From: Squalus acanthias
Lineage: Eukaryota
NCBI GenBank assembly: GCA_030390025.1
Contig: CM059432.1
Location: 83,144,001-83,208,000 of the forward strand
Direction: 5' to 3'
DNA length: 64,000 nucleotides
Positions 1 to 12,059 of the stretch are shown piece by piece (position 1 is the first letter of the stretch; each line of letters starts with the position of its first letter). The translations under genes were made by a program, and so were the position numbers. The notes beneath the pieces were generated by a model. It saw only the letters and a program-made list of their open reading frames with translations. It ran no database searches and had not been told where the DNA came from.

Positions 1-149
1 ATACAGCCGCCCCAACTAACTCAGCCCAGACTAAGTGTGAACCTAGGGCCATCCTGGTCTTCATGGTTCGGTGCTCACCAGATAGGTCCACTACCCACAG
101 CCATAAGGACATGCCACCTCAGATATATTTATTTTATAGAAGAACAAAC

Positions 150-555
150 AAACTTGCATTTATATAACATCTTTCCTGGCTTCAGGACATCCCAAAGCAT
201 TTTACCCTCAATGAATTATTTTCAAAGTACAGTCACTCTTGTTGTGAACACAAATGTGCACAGCAAGATTTTACAAACAGCAATGAGATGAATGACCAGT
301 TAATCTGTTTTTGGTGGTGTTGATTGAGGGATAAATGTTGTTTAGGACACCAGGAGAACCCCCCTGCTCTTTTTCGAATAGTGCCATGGCATATTTTACA
401 TCCACCTGAGAGTTTTGTGTTTCATCCAAAAGACGGCACCTCCAATAATTCAGTACTAAATTGAAGTGTCAGCCTAGATTATGTGCTCAAATCCTGTTGG
501 GAGTCTTGAACTCACAACCTTCTGACTCAGGCTACGATTGAGCCAAGGCTGACTC
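150..555 (-). mobile_element. tRNA-derived SINE (Deu-domain/SacSINE1-like) with L2-like 3' tail
   Basis: Reverse complement resembles the SINE at 1289-1635 (gagtcagaaggttgtgagttcaag...ggctgacact); tail reads tatataaatgcaagtt on the minus strand. Confidence 0.7.
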
Positions 556-1288
556 TTTTATGACTTGCAGAGTCTGGTTTCTAAACTGCAATGATATTAA
601 CAACTTCATGAAATATATTGTGCCTGGTGCTGTATATTTTTGAAGAAAAACTATAGTAAATAAAACACCTAGTAGTAAAACAACCTATTTATTTTGAAGA
701 GGGTTTTAAACATAGGAAGGAAGTGTTCCGACTATTCGGGTTAGATAGTTGATCACTGCATTTATCTGCATTTTCCAGTGCAGTCTTCATGTGTGTACAG
801 TGTCTACGCAGCAGGTTTTAAAAAAATACTAACCCTTGCTTTCTCACATTTTAAATAAATCTATGAAGGAAATAGTGTCATTTATTTCTGTACTTGCAAG
901 TCTAGGTCATTTGTTCTGATAGGAGTAAAGAAAGCAAGAACATACATATATCAGCATGACAACAACAAGGCAAATCTTTGGGGCATTTAAAATGGCATAG
1001 TATGTTTTAAAATAAAGTCAAGGCCTGGAATTTTCAGCCGCTTGTCTGAATTTTGACTAATTCTAGAGCAAATGTACACAGACAACACACCATCATGTTT
1101 AGTCAATCACAAATTATGTCAGTAATGAAAAAGTGGCAATTGATTTTACCTTTAAAGGGTAAGCACAACACTGTTCAACAGTAAACTAGAACTGAAGAAT
1201 TGTGTGTTCAAAATTAGGTTTTATTATGGAAAAAACATTTTTGTTTCCTTGGTTTTGTAGTTTTCCCCACACGACACACTGTCTCATA

Positions 1289-1635
1289 GGTGTCAGCTGT
1301 GGCTCAGTTGGTAGCACTCTCGCCTGAGTCAGAAGGTTGTGGGTTCAAGTCCATCTCCAGAGACTTGAGCACAAAATCTAGGCTGACACTCTAGTGCAGT
1401 GCTGAGGGAGTGCTGCACTGTCAAGAGTTGCCATCTTTCGAATGAGACTTTAAACCAATGGCCTCTCGGGTGAATGTAAAAGATCTCATGGCACGATTTC
1501 AAAGAATAGCAGGGGAGTTTTCCCCAGTGTCCTGACCAATAGTTATCCCTCAACCAACATCGCTAAAACAGATTATCTGGTCATTATCTCATTGCTGTTT
1601 GTGGGACCTTGCTGTGTGCATATTGGAAGTGTTTC
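1289..1635 (+). mobile_element. tRNA-derived SINE (Deu-domain/SacSINE1-like)
   Basis: Pol III A box tggctcagttgg and B box ggttcaagtcc, then body ggctgacactctagtgcagtgctgagggagtgctgcactgtc. Confidence 0.75.
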
Positions 1636-2639
1636 CAAATTACTTCCTGGGGAGAATTCTCAGTTTCACTGCTAGATTCCACATTATGTCACATAGATTT
1701 AAAACAACTTCCCTATTTTAACAGTTATTCCATCAGAGTTTGCAGACTTGATAAAACAATGCTCCCTTTCCCATCCCAGTAAACCAGTGTTTTGATGATC
1801 TCTAAAGCAGAGATTTATCCAGCAGCACTGGGGGAAATTAGGAAATGCCAGAATGACATCCATGTAACATAACTTCATTTTATTTCATTTTATAATTCAG
1901 AAGCTCACAAGTGAAGAATTGTGCCAAATAGTTACAAGGAGTGCACAAGCCCTCTGGATAAATCCTTGATAAAGTATTGTAAATGTGGGATAATCGTATT
2001 TTTTTTTTATAAATGTAACTGGCATTACCCACATTAAAATAAATAGATTTATAATTATAGCCCGAGTTTAACAAACTGGGCTCGTACTAGTAGATTATGG
2101 AGCTGTGCCTGGCGTGTTAATAGGAATTCTTTCAGCTTTTCCATCTGGCACCAAAGCCTTGAATACATTTGGTAAAATGGCAGCCAGCACAAAAGGCAAG
2201 ATTCCGGGAATGTTGAAAGAGAGAGAAAGGAAAAGCAGGAAAATCAGATCAGGCAGACCGAAGAACATGCCAATGAAAAGCAACAAATATTCCACAGAAA
2301 TTAAACCTTGAAGGTCTGAGACTTTCCATCGTTCATCCTAAAATCGATCCAAAATTGGTACATGTAATTTGCTGATAAGTACTGGTCAGTTTTCCGACCT
2401 TACGAAGACCAAATGACACCCATAGTCAGTTCCTGGTACATGTATTATTCCCAAGATTCACAAAGTGCAAACAACTAACTTCATTTAAGAGGGAAAAAAA
2501 TAGCATTTCTGCCTGATGCTTTAAGAAAGTTTCCAGGTCCCCATAGAGAAAACAGGCCTTTCCTATGGGTTCAAGCTACAAAACACAAATGCAACTCATA
2601 GTCCAGCTACTCATTTAGCAGCAGCAGAAAAATATATAT

Positions 2640-3347
2640 ATTTTTTTACATATTCGGTCATGAGATGTGGGCGTCGCTTGGAAGGCCAGCATTTATTGCA
2701 CATCCCTAGTTGCCCTTGAGAAGGTGGTGTGAGCCGCTTTCTTGAACTGCTGCAGTCCGTGAGGTGAAGGAACTCCCACGGTACTGTTAGGGAGTTCCAG
2801 GATTTTGACCCAGCGACAATGAAGGATCGGCAATATACTTCCAAGTCAGGATGGTGTGCGACTTGAGAGGGGAACTTGGAGGTGGTGGTGTTCCCATGCA
2901 CCTGCTGCCCTTGTCCTTCTAGGTGGTAGAGGTCACGGGTTTGGGAGGTGCTGCAGCCATCTTGTAGATGGTACACACTGCAGCCACGGTACGCCGGTGG
3001 TGGAGTGAGTGAATGTTTAAGGTGGTGGATGGAGTGCCAATCAAGCGGGCTGCTTTGTCTTGGATGGTGTCGAGCTTCTTGAGTGTTGTTGGAGCTGCAC
3101 TCATCCAGGCAAGTGGAGAGTATTCCATCACACTCCTGACTTGTGCCTTGTAGATGGTGGAAAGGCTTTGGGGAGTCAGGAGGTGAGACACTCGCCGCAG
3201 AATATCCAGCCTCTGACCTGCTCTTGTTGCCACAGTATTTATGTGGCTGGTCCAGTTAAGTTTCTGGTCAATGGTGACCCCCAGAATATTCATGGTGGGT
3301 GATTCAGCGATGGTAATGCCGTTGAATGTCAAGGGGCAGTGGTTAGA
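2640..3347 (-). mobile_element. 5'-truncated non-LTR retrotransposon (CR1/L2 group, 'YKAQVRSVMEY' family)
   Basis: ORF 2919-3350 encodes an RT C-terminus (ILGVTIDQKLNW, YKAQVRSVMEY); same family at 13785, 34966 and 63128. Confidence 0.9.
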
Positions 3348-3424
3348 CATTGTATGCAGTTACAGAACATTATTGCTACATAGTAACATGTATTATGTAC
3401 CAGCAAGCTGCGTCAGAGCAATAT

Positions 3425-3800
3425 AATGATCTTATTGAAACATACCAAATTCTTACAGGGCTTGACAGGGTAGATGCAGGGAGGCTGGGGAGTCTGGAAC
3501 TTGGGGTCACAGTCTCAGAATAAGGGGTCGGCCATTTAGGACTGAGATGAGGAGACATTTCTTCACTCAGAGGGTGGTGAATCTTTGGAATTCTCTACTC
3601 CAGAGGGCTGTGGAGGCTCAGTCGTTGAGTATACTCAAGACAGAGACCAATAGATTTTTGAATATTAAAGGGAATCAAGAGATATGGGGATAGTGCAGGA
3701 AAGTGGAGATGAGGTAGAAGATCAGCCATGATCTTATTGAATGGCGGAGCAGGCTCGAGGGGCCGAATGGCCTACTCCTGCTCCTATTATGTTCTTATAA
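3425..3800 (+). mobile_element. CR1 LINE 3' fragment
   Basis: Matches the 3' ends of the CR1s ending near 24334 and 38895 (ggagcaggctcgaggggccgaatggcctactcctgctcct, ttatgttcttat tail). Confidence 0.9.
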
Positions 3801-4242
3801 GCTGCAGAGTTTACATACTATTCCTGTGCTACATTTCTGACCCCAAGCTTTTTTTTTGGAAGGGGGGCGCTGGGAAGGAGTCGACAAAGCAGATATTTCA
3901 TCATGGGGCAGAGGAAGAGAAAACGGGAGAAAAAGTCAAACACGGGCCAGATGTGCCAGTCTCCTCGTTACATATCAACATTGCTAGAAGCCCTGGAATA
4001 GATCTTCTGTACAGTCTCATCCACAGAATACAGCATACCAAGTGGAAAGAGTAAGAAAATATTTTATCTCTAGCAATTCAAAGAGACACATAATTAGTGC
4101 AGCCCCAAAGTTCATTTCTTCCATTAGTGCAACAGCAACCCAAATGAATCACTACTGAAATTATGGTTATTCTATGGGCATGAGAAATTGAATTTCAGGA
4201 GAGCAGACTCCAAGAGGATGAAATGCTATCTGAAAGGAATAA

Positions 4243-4892
4243 AACAACTTGTATTCATATAGTGCCTTTAACATAGTAAAACATCCCAAGGCACTTCACC
4301 GGAGTGTTAAAAGACAAAAATTTGAAACCGAGCCACACAAGAAGAAATTAGGGAAGGTGACCAAAAGCTTGGTCAGAGGTAGGTTTTAAGGAGCGTCTTA
4401 AAGGAGGAAAGAGAGGTAGCGAGGTGGAGAGGTTTAGGGAGAGAGTTCCAGAGCTTGGGGCCTAGGCAGCTGAAGGCACGGCCATCGATGGTTGAGCGAT
4501 TAGATTCAGGGATGCTGAAGAGGGCAGAAATATAGGAGCGCAGATATCTGGAGGGGGGTTGCGGAGCTGAAGGAGATTACAAAAATAGGGAGGGGCGAGG
4601 CCATGGAGGGATTTGAAAACAAGGATGAGAATTTTGAAATCAATGCGCTGCTTAACTGGAAGCCAATGTAGGTCAGCAAGCACGGGGTGATGGGCGAACG
4701 GGACTTGGTGCGAATTAGGACACAGGCAGCCAAGTTTCGGATGACCTCAAGTTTACGTAGGGTAGAACATGGGAAGCCAGCCAGGAGTGCATTGGAATAG
4801 TCAAGTCTAGCGGTAACAAAGGCATCGATGAGGGTTTCAGCAGATGAGCTGAGGTAGGGCGGAGACTGGCGATGTTACGGAGGTGGAAATAT
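4243..4892 (-). mobile_element. L2 LINE 3' fragment
   Basis: LADLHWLPVKQRIDFKILILVFKSLHGLAPPY motif typical of the L2 RT C-terminus. Confidence 0.9.
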
Positions 4893-5139
4893 GAAGAATT
4901 ATTTTTAAAAGGATGTAGAGGGGAAATGGGAGTGCGTTAAGGATATTTAATAAAAATTGTTGAGGCAGCTTATCCCAGAAATAAGTCAAAACGGGCATGA
5001 ATGAAAAGTGGAAGGATTAAGGGAGGAGGAAAGCTGTATAAAGTTCTGAAATGTACAGAGAATAAAGGAGGGGAAGGAGTGGAAAATCAAACAGAAGAAG
5101 ACCGAGACTGAAATATAGGAGCATCGGAATGATACAAGG

Positions 5140-5550
5140 GCTATGGTAGTGTCGTAGTTATACAATTGGACTAGTAATCTAGAGGCCTGGACTAATGATC
5201 CAGAGAACAAGTTCAAATCCTACCATTGCAGTTTAGGAATTTTAATTTAGTTTTTTAAAATATAAATATAAAAAGATGGTATCAGTAAAAGTGACCACAA
5301 TGCTGTTGGATTGTCATAAAAACCAACTAGTTCACTAATGTCCTTTAGGGAAAGAAATCGACCGCCCTTACCCAGTCAGGCCTATGTGTGACTCCAGTCC
5401 TACATCAACACGATTAGCTCTAAACTGCTTTCTGAAGTGGCCATTCAAACCACGTTCAAAAAGGTGGCCCACCCCCACTTTCTCAGGGCAACTAGGGATG
5501 GGTAATAAATGCCAGCCTTGTCACATCCTGAGAATTTTTTTTTTTTAAAA
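5140..5550 (+). mobile_element. tRNA-derived SINE sharing its 3' tail with the YKAQVRSVMEY LINE family
   Basis: B-box-like gttcaaatcc at ~5211; 3' end ttctcagggcaactagggatgggtaataaatgccagcc matches the LINE tail. Confidence 0.7.
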
Positions 5551-6411
5551 AGGAACATAGGAACAGGAGTAGGCACTCAGCCCCTTGAGCTTGTTCCACG
5601 ATTTAGGCAATAGCTGATCTGTACCTCAACACCATGGGGTCTGACCAAGGCCCTGTACAACTGAAGGATAACTTCCTAAATAATAAATATAGCATAAAAT
5701 AATAAATATAGCATGAAATATAAAGGACAGTAACAAAGCATTCTTTAAGGTACAACAGAGGAGTACAGAGTGACACTGAACCATTTAGCAGGGATAGTGG
5801 AGAAGTGGTGTCCGAGGACAGGGAATTGGCAGAATTAAATTATCGTGTTTTTGCCACTGAAAGGGATGGGATTGGGCAAAAGAGACATCCGAGTTGAGTA
5901 TAATGGAGAGAGCGGATTGGAAAGCCTTCGGAAGGCACAGTAGAAACTTTTCTGAAGCTGAAGGTAAACCGGATCAAGGCTGTGACGATTTCCTTTTAAA
6001 GCTGCTAATGGATTTGTCGGAGGAGAATGTAAATCCCTTCACTGATATCTAACTGAATCTGGGTAACATCCCAGTGGATTGGAATGATATAACCCCATCT
6101 TTAGAGGCAAGAGATGAACCCTCAAATTACAGACATGTCAGCCTCATGATTGTGGGGAAAAATGTTTTGAGATTTTGATGAAGGATAGAATAAGGCATCA
6201 TTCAAAAGGACAGTGTCAAAAGGGGCAAGTTGTATCGGACGAGTTTACAGATCTGGTAGATAAAGGTAGGGGTTACTGTACCTGGATTTCAGGAAGGCAT
6301 TTGACATTGCTCCAAATGACAGAATAATTCACATGGAATAGATGGCAAAGTATTAGACTCGATTCATACTTGACTAAAAGGATGAACAAACAAATTTCAA
6401 TTTATGTAGGG

Positions 6412-6920
6412 ACATCAAAGCGCTTCAAAGCCAATAAAGTACTTTTTTGAAGTGTAAACACTCTTGTAATGTAAAAAAAAACAATATGCGCACAACAAGG
6501 TCCTACAAAACATCGATGGGATAAATAACCAGATAATCTGATTTTGGTGGATGGATAAATGTTGGCTCGGACACCGAGAATTCCCGTTAATTATCAAAAA
6601 TGTGCCATGGAGTCTTTTACACCCACCTGAGAGCGCAGGTGGAGCTCGCTTAAACATCTCATTCAACAAATGACACCTCTGACAACAACTACTTGCATTT
6701 ATATAGCAGCTTTAACGTAGTAAAAATTCCCAAAATGCTTTGCAGATGCGTAAATCAGATAAAATTGACACTGAGCCAAAAATGGAGACGTTTGAACAAG
6801 CTTTTGGCCACCTGTCCTAAGAGGTAGGTTTTAAGGAGCACCCTAAAGGAGTAGTGCTTGAACCGGTGACCTTCTAACTCGGAGGCAAGAGTGCTACCTT
6901 TAAGCAGAGGCTGACACCTA
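6412..6920 (-). mobile_element. Deu-type SINE remnant interrupted by a short L2 3' end (~6686-6850)
   Basis: Similar to the SINE at 150-555; the insert resembles L2 tails elsewhere in the window. Confidence 0.6.
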
Positions 6921-8852
6921 GACAACAAAGGATGAAAAGTCAGAATGGAAACTGGTCATCGGTGCAGTCCCACAGGGGTCAGTGCTAGAGCTACTGTTGT
7001 TCATCGGCAGAAGATGGAATATTGGCCAAGCTGTCTAAGTTTGTGGTTGACATAAAATTGGGTGCTAACCAATGTCCAATTAACCAAAGGGATCTGGACA
7101 GGCTCGGTCAATTGGCAGAGGGATGGCAGATACGAGTTCAACACAGATAATATAAAGTCATGAGATTGGGTAGACGCAAAAATATAGATTACAAATTAAA
7201 CAGGAACATGATTGAGGCAACTGAGTAGAAAGTAGTTCAGGGAGGTTTGATGAATATGTCTTTGAAATCTTGAGTTCAGTGTTCACAGGTGTTAAAGAAA
7301 GCAAATAAAATGTTGGGATGTATAACTGAAGTTGGTGATGCAATTTTATTTGGCTTAAGGTTGCACCTTAAGTATGTGCTCTGTTTTGGTCCCTGTATTA
7401 CAGAGAAGATGCAGAAAAATTAGAGGGAGTTCAGAGGAGGCCTATGAGACGTATTCCTAAACTTGAGGGATGAGTTATGAGGAAAGATTATCTGCCTTGG
7501 GGCTTCGTTCTCTAGAGGGTGATGAAGGGAGTCTCTGATTTTCACAGGTATGGAGAATTCCAATACCGTAAAGTAATTCTGTTGGACACAGGATTTGAAG
7601 AGTAGGATACACAGTTTAAAGTTTTGAAAGTCAAAAGAAAATAAGGCTATCTGTTTTAATAAGTGGGTGACAGAATTGTGGAACAGGATACCAGCAGGCC
7701 TGGTGAAAGTCATGGCTGGTTTTGAAAGAGGACTAGATTAGTTCCTATTAGATAATCCAGGGCTATTAGTGGATCATAGCAAACATAAGGCAGCTAGATG
7801 AACCAATGGTCTTTCCTTGATCAAAACATACTATTTGGTTCCTGATAATTGCACCTTTTAATGAATTCTGCAGGATACCCCCACAGTTCAGCTGGTAATT
7901 ATACCACCAATAGAGCCAAACAAGCCGGAAACAGCCCAAATTAACCAGTCTGTGCTGAATTAGCTCATCTTAACCAGGGGAGCAATAGGGCATTATAACT
8001 ACCCATATCTTTTTTTGGGGCAGGGAAGAAAGGGAAAAAAATGTTAACATGGGTTTCTGCTCCGGACACCTGTAAAATTCAGCAAATGCAAAATCAGAGT
8101 CAGCTATGATGCCCTCCATGATCAAATAACCTGTCAAAACTGTCTAGACTGATATGAAGAGTGTGGACCTGGGTTGGGTACCGCAGCATCGCTTGTACCA
8201 ACAGAACGGTAACCCAGTAGCTCAGTATGTTCAGGAAAATAGTTCATTTCGCAATAGTAAGCAATGTTGATCATGCGCACAGATGAATGATTAATCCTGT
8301 GACCAATTAAATATAATTGTGGACCCAGATGGATGTGGTGAGCCAGACCACATTTGAGAAACTTTCCTCTTTTATAACAGCGGAAAAATAGAACAAAATA
8401 TTCTCCAAAATGCAGTGCACTATTAAAGAGAAAAAGGGCAGTAATTTGCAATCACGGAGCATGGAGAGGGTAAGTTTCACAGATTCCCGCAGGGTTTCGA
8501 CAATGGATCCTTGGTGCTTTTCCACTTCTTGTTTGTGAACAGCAACCACCACACTGACGGGGGAATCGAGCTGAAGGCAAAAGAAATCCCGAAAAAAACT
8601 CAGCCAACAAATAAAAGTGGTGCCTGGTGCACATTAGGGAAAATGAGAAAAAAAGTTTCACTCCGCAGTGTGCAGATCAACCGAGAGGCGCTCGTGCAGC
8701 CTCAAAAGAACCAGCTCAGCCGAATGAGGTGGATTGGCCGAGAAGCTGCCATTGGTCCCGGCCTTAATCGCCGTTTTATCTTTCAGGGTAACCCAAAGAC
8801 CCGGCTCTGCCGCTGCCAGTGGGGGAAGGAGGCACAGCACCCCATGCACGCG

Positions 8853-8950
8853 GCATCCTTGGGAGTTGTAGTCCTGCGTCACCCTCCCATCCCACACCGC
8901 ATACCGGAAGAAACCGTCCTATAAAACTACAACTCCCGAGAGACACTGCG
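8853..8950. promoter_or_regulatory. Pair of divergent ZNF143/THAP11 (ACTACAnnTCCC) motifs flanking an ETS site
   Basis: gcatccttgggagttgtagt at 8853-8872 (minus), actacaactcccgagagacactgcg from 8926 (plus), ccggaag at 8904. Confidence 0.75.
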
Positions 8951-9678
8951 AGGTTGACCGGCGCCTGCGCGTTGGACCGCTCTCGGTGTTTATCATTACT
9001 GTTGATGAGCCGTTCAGCGAGCTCCAGTGCAACCTAACTCAAGCCCCGGAGAAAGCTTGGCCCCGCCCTTTCCCGAGCGCTGCCGCCGCCTATTGGCTTC
9101 AATCGCTGCTGCTCGCGGCGTGCCAAGGCACTGGCGGCTTTCCGATTGGTCGATGTTGCTGTCCATCAATGGCGCCGCTCGGATGCTTCCGTTGAAGTTC
9201 GGTGAAGAGCCAAAAGCAAAGCTCGCATTTTAGCGAAATGTTTAACCCAATTAGAGAAAGCGGCGCCTTCCCGTCCCTTCCCGGCAGCGGCAGCAGCGCC
9301 AAACCAGCCCGACAATAAAATACATCGAGTAACATTACAACAGCGAGGCCCCGATACATTTCATGTAAAACACACACACAGACTTTAGTGGTCTCGGCGG
9401 AGAAGTTGAGGGGGAGCCGGCTCTGGAGAGCCCCTGTCCGGGGGCGGCCGGGGAGGTTCCCGAGCCCCTCGCTCACATACGGAGAGGAGGCTGCGGGCCA
9501 GAAGTGGCGGCGGCGGCGGCAGCAGCAGCGAAACCGGGCTCACAGAGCAGCAGCCCCCGCCCGCTGTCGGAACAGACCCACGCCGCCGCCTCGGCTCCCT
9601 CCGTCTCACCTCGAGCAATAAAAATAAAAAGCAGCCGGCCCGTCACGACGAGACCGAGAGCAAGGGCGGCCTACTCAC

Positions 9679-9800
9679 CGGCTGAACGGGCTGGGGGGTC
9701 ACCAAGAGCAGCGATTCACCAGCCTGACCTTCGCTTCTGAAGACGGGCTCTCCGAACTGTCCGCCATGTTGCTCCTTGTGTATTTAAATGGCAACCTCCC
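9679..9800 (-). other. NCOA2: Non-coding first exon of NCOA2 (5' boundary approximate)
   Basis: Strong donor CCG|GTGAGT at 9679/9678; atggcgg...gcgaaggtcag...gtgacc...agccg resembles human NCOA2 exon 1 as I recall it; synteny with TRAM1. Confidence 0.7.
9699..9767 (-). CDS. Upstream ORF, 22 aa (MADSSESPSSEAKVRLVNRCSW) in the first exon
   Basis: ATG in strong Kozak context (AACATGG) at 9767; TGA at 9701-9699, 20 nt before the splice donor. Confidence 0.5.
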   Translation of the reverse strand: MADSSESPSSEAKVRLVNRCSW

Positions 9801-10249
9801 ACAATCGAGCGAGCGGAGCGGAGGGGGAGGGACAGAGAGAGGAGATGGGGGAGGAGGCGAGGGCCGGGCCGGGCCACAACAACAGGTCAGCGCTCAGCCG
9901 CACACACGCTGCTGCTCAGCCGCCTTCATCACCATCTCTGCCATCTCTTTACAAGTTTGTAAACATTCCGCTCCCAGGACTGGTCAGAGCGCCGCGAAAC
10001 CACCTCACCTCACCTCACCTGGCGGCAAGGTGGCCGCTCTGATGGGCGATGTGTCCGAGTATTCGCCATCCTACACTTCCCTAAACAGAGTCCCCCCCCC
10101 CATTGCTGACACCATTCCTTTTAGTGTGGCCAAGGAGGCTATGTGCCTGTAACCGCAGCGAATGGGATGATCTGCAGAATTAAATGTTATGTATTAGAGC
10201 AGCCCCAAGCTGCTTCTCGTGTCTGTTGTCTCTTCCTGAAGTGTGTAAA

Positions 10250-10570
10250 ACAAAAAGTCCCAAAACGATTCACTGAGGCATAGTCAAAAAAGATTGACAA
10301 CCAGCCAAAGAAGGAGGTGTCAGGAGGGGTGTCTCAAAGTTTGGTCAAACAGGCGGGTTTTAAGGAGGAGGTGGCGGGGTTTAGGGAAGGCATTCCAGAG
10401 CACGGGGCCTAGGCAGCTGAAGGCACAGCTGCCAATGGTGGGAGGAAGTGAAAGTGGATGCTCAATAAGCCAGAGTCAGAGGAACGGGGAGTGTTTTGTA
10501 GGGCTGGAGAAGGTTACAGAGATAGGGAGTAACAAGGCCATGGAGGGATTTAAATAGGAGGATGAGAATC
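10250..10570 (-). mobile_element. L2 LINE 3' fragment
   Basis: KILILLFKSLHGLVTPYL motif; similar to 4243-4892. Confidence 0.8.
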
Positions 10571-10774
10571 TTGTGTATTATACAGTTACACTTAAGGGAT
10601 TCTGATGTGTCTTTGGGAGTAAAAACTGTTTGTGTCCTATTAGGAGCAATGTACATTAGTACTGTGGACACAAATAGGTTTGCAAACATGTAACAAATTA
10701 AGAGATTCAGGCTGTAGAAACTTCTCACAACATTTTCAGTGCCAATATAAAAGGGGGAACACTCGCCAGACATA

Positions 10775-11205
10775 TAATAACAACTTGCATTTATACAGTA
10801 TTTTTAAAGTATAAAAACATCTCAAGGCACTTCAGAGACATTAGCAGACAAAAATGGATGCCAAGTCAATGAAGAGATAGTAGAGGGCAAACAGGTGGGC
10901 TTTAAAGATCTTAAAGGAGGAAATGGAGGTTGAGAGGTTTAGGGAGGGAATTCCAGAATGTAGGTTGAGATAGTTGTCGGCATGATCACCAATTTTGGGA
11001 TAAAGAGCAGGTGATGTACAAGAGGCCAAGGTAAGAGGGATGCCATGTTCTGGGGGGGGTTGTTGTAGGCTGGAGAAGGTTACAGAAATAGGGAGGGGTG
11101 AGGCCATAAAGGGATTTACTCACAAGGATAAGAATTTTAAAGTGGAGGAATTGGGGGACCGAGAGCCAATTTAGGTCAGCAAGGACAGGGGTGATTGATG
11201 AGCAG
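10775..11205 (-). mobile_element. L2 LINE 3' fragment
   Basis: caacttgcatttata tail and similarity to other L2 copies. Confidence 0.8.
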
Positions 11206-12059
11206 GAATACAGCTAAAAGTAATATTTACAATCACAGAACATTGAAAAGAGTCAATGGTAATAGCATTTAGGAAAGGAAGAATCTCAGTGAGATATCTG
11301 ATAACAGGAGTAGCAATCAAAAGTGCAGATTCATGCAGTGTTTTCCCCCATAGCCAAGAGATTAATATATATTCTAAATGGTCAATATAGGTGCCTATGT
11401 GGGGTAATGTGACAATCACCAGTTGTTCGGAAGGAATATATTATGTTAAGAATCAGAGCAGGTAGTAGATGGAAATAGAATTGGAATATGATTATGAATG
11501 TACCAAAGTAAAGAGGTTTTCTAATGATTGCCCTTCATTTCCCCAGTTTTTGTACTCAGCACTTAAGAAATGAACATCTACAGTACCCATGACATAAATT
11601 AGCATTGCAGAATTGAAGGCCCATAGAGGCCACGGCTGTCTTAAGATATCTGCAAATCCTGTGGTCGCAGGGAGCTTGCCTCAGTGTTGTGCCGCATATG
11701 TCTTACACAGTTCTGATTTATGTTTTTAATCTTGTTCACTTGCTATATGCGCACTGGCCATCTGTTCAGGGGCCCATAGAGTGAACTGATGAGTTGTAAA
11801 TGGAAAGCTAAATTGAGAAGGATTGTTGAAAGAAAAGATAGCAGTCGAAGATCACTGGATTAAAAAGGAAGAGCCGAGAGATCACAGGAGAAACAACCAA
11901 AAGCAGTCAGAGAGTAACAGAAGGAGAGAAAGGGGAGATTAACTGAGACATCAAGAAAAGAGTAATGAGAGAAGTACAGAGAAAAAGGGAGAGCAACAGG
12001 CACTGAGAAAGAAGGTAAGAAACAAATAAATAATAAAATAAGTAAACACATCAGTCTAG

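Larger units (their letters stand above)
4893..7845 (+). mobile_element. Old, heavily decayed CR1 ORF2 remnant interrupted by SINE/LINE fragments
   Basis: Residual motifs tacctggatttcaggaaggcatttgac (YLDFRKAFD, ~6279) and gtcccacaggggtcagtgcta (VPQGSVL, ~6968); many stops. Confidence 0.7.
8450..10150. promoter_or_regulatory. NCOA2: CpG island / promoter region, putatively of NCOA2
   Basis: Unique GC- and CpG-rich sequence with (CGG)n/(CAG)n runs, several CCAAT boxes (~8733, 8751, 9092, 9145, 9247), ETS ccggaag and YY1-type aacatggcgg; lies downstream of TRAM1 on the same strand as in mammals. Confidence 0.75.

Noticed and set aside
1289..1360. tRNA gene
   Set aside because: A and B boxes run into a SINE body; no complete cloverleaf
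2030..2340. Hydrophobic ORF 2095-2295 or basic ORF 2105-2311 as a host exon
   Set aside because: No recognisable protein, weak splice signals and non-ATG starts; probably intronic
9699..9701. TGA read as selenocysteine in a coding first exon
   Set aside because: No recognisable selenoprotein similarity or SECIS evidence; a uORF in a non-coding exon is simpler
8511..10152. GC-rich ORFs in the CpG island as proteins
   Set aside because: Low-complexity Arg/Pro/Ala frames expected in GC-rich DNA; no family motifs
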